This document shows, in pieces, positions 32,988-33,746 of a stretch of 33,746 nt of DNA (positions within the stretch are counted from its first letter, which is position 1; every line of letters begins with the position of its first letter). A model generated the notes under the pieces. It saw only the letters and a program-made list of their open reading frames with translations, had not been told where the DNA came from and searched no databases. This stretch comes from Piedraia hortae CBS 480.64 (lineage: Eukaryota). Made by a program: the position numbers and the translations under genes. The stretch is taken from NCBI GenBank assembly GCA_010093745.1, contig MU006052.1, forward strand, positions 1-33,746, written 5' to 3'.

Positions 32988-33106
32988 AGTTGAAGGAGAC
33001 GAACTGATAGTGTGAGTACACTGAAACATAAATGATGGTATTGTTATATATGCTGCATACATGAAAGGACGTTGTTTATGATCATCACGTGACACATCCT
33101 TCAACT
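32988..33106. mobile_element. 119-bp element with perfect 10-bp inverted ends AGTTGAAGGA/TCCTTCAACT and 5-bp TSD TCGAT (copy 2)
   Basis: Flanked by TCGAT at 32983-32987 and 33107-33111. Collinear with 20654-20771. Confidence 0.9.
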
Positions 33107-33397
33107 TCGATGGGTGTGGGCTGGTGCTTCGATTCGACGCTACAGAGGAAAGTAGAGAATATAGGAGTGGGGGTTGACACGAAAGACAATGTTGTTGTTG
33201 CTACCTTGCTGCCAAGACTCTAGAGGAGGTGAGGCTACCGATGGTCCTAACCCCATTTCGGACTGGCTGCCGACTAACATCAACAGAAAGCGCGCTGATC
33301 GCGGATGGATCCGAGATCTAGCCGAAAATTGCGACCTCAGTCTGGCCCTGTGATAATGTACGTACCTACAACCAAGATGTCCCCCTCCTATGCTTCT

Positions 33398-33746
33398 TGT
33401 TGTGAATATGCGGTATATTACGCGCATTATTAGTAACCGTCGCTCGGCTCTCGACTTCACGCGTCAACTAGTTTTCAGTAGAGATTGGTATGCAGGTACA
33501 CATCTGCTCACAATTATAATAGGTTATGAGCCCGGGCTCTACCGCTAACAAGCGCTATTCAAATTGAGTCTCGAAGCGAAAGCGGAGCTTCCAGAGACCA
33601 TGAGCTACGAAAGAAAAAGAGCTGTCATTCTCAAGGCTGGAACGCCATTCGAGGCATGGAACGCTGACTTGCAGGGCGCTCTGAGCCTGGCAACAGACAA
33701 GACCTTGGTCGGACATGTCTTTCACGACATCCCAGCGGTTCGGGCT
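33398..33746 (+). mobile_element. 5' end of a second Ty1/copia element: putative 124-bp LTR (33398-33521), PBS (33522-33533), gag start (ATG 33600, running off the window)
   Basis: GGTTATGAGCCC is the reverse complement of the initiator tRNA-Met anticodon arm (GGGCUCAUAACC), the Ty5/copia-type PBS. The ORF MSYERKRAVILKAGTPFEAWNADLQGAL...LVGHV resembles a copia gag N-terminus. The LTR start TGTTGTGA is inferred from inverted-end symmetry. Confidence 0.75.

Overview
Fungal (ascomycete, probably Dothideomycete-like; inferred) genomic DNA in three compartments. The centre (8.9-20.4 kb) is a very compact, transposon-free block of seven intact genes: VPS8, a DUF3752/GPALPP1-like gene, an RCR-type PY-motif membrane protein, CIA2/MIP18, a Zn2Cys6 transcription factor, COQ9 and a Nudix hydrolase. 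The left flank (1-8.8 kb) holds a decayed CACTA/CMC-like DNA transposon with subterminal tandem repeats and a candidate CTGTG end, an F-box pseudogene, a Fot1/pogo fragment and several solo or nested LTRs. The right flank (20.6-33.7 kb) holds solo LTRs, a pogo-type MITE, a decayed Ty1/copia element with a Ty3/gypsy fragment and a solo LTR nested in it, and the 5' start of a second copia. The most unusual observation is a 118-119 bp element present twice, with non-canonical AGTT...AACT inverted ends and perfect 5-bp target-site duplications. CpA->TpA (RIP-like) changes are visible in several repeats. All alignments were made by eye and no database searches were run. I found no clear evidence of a new multi-gene system.
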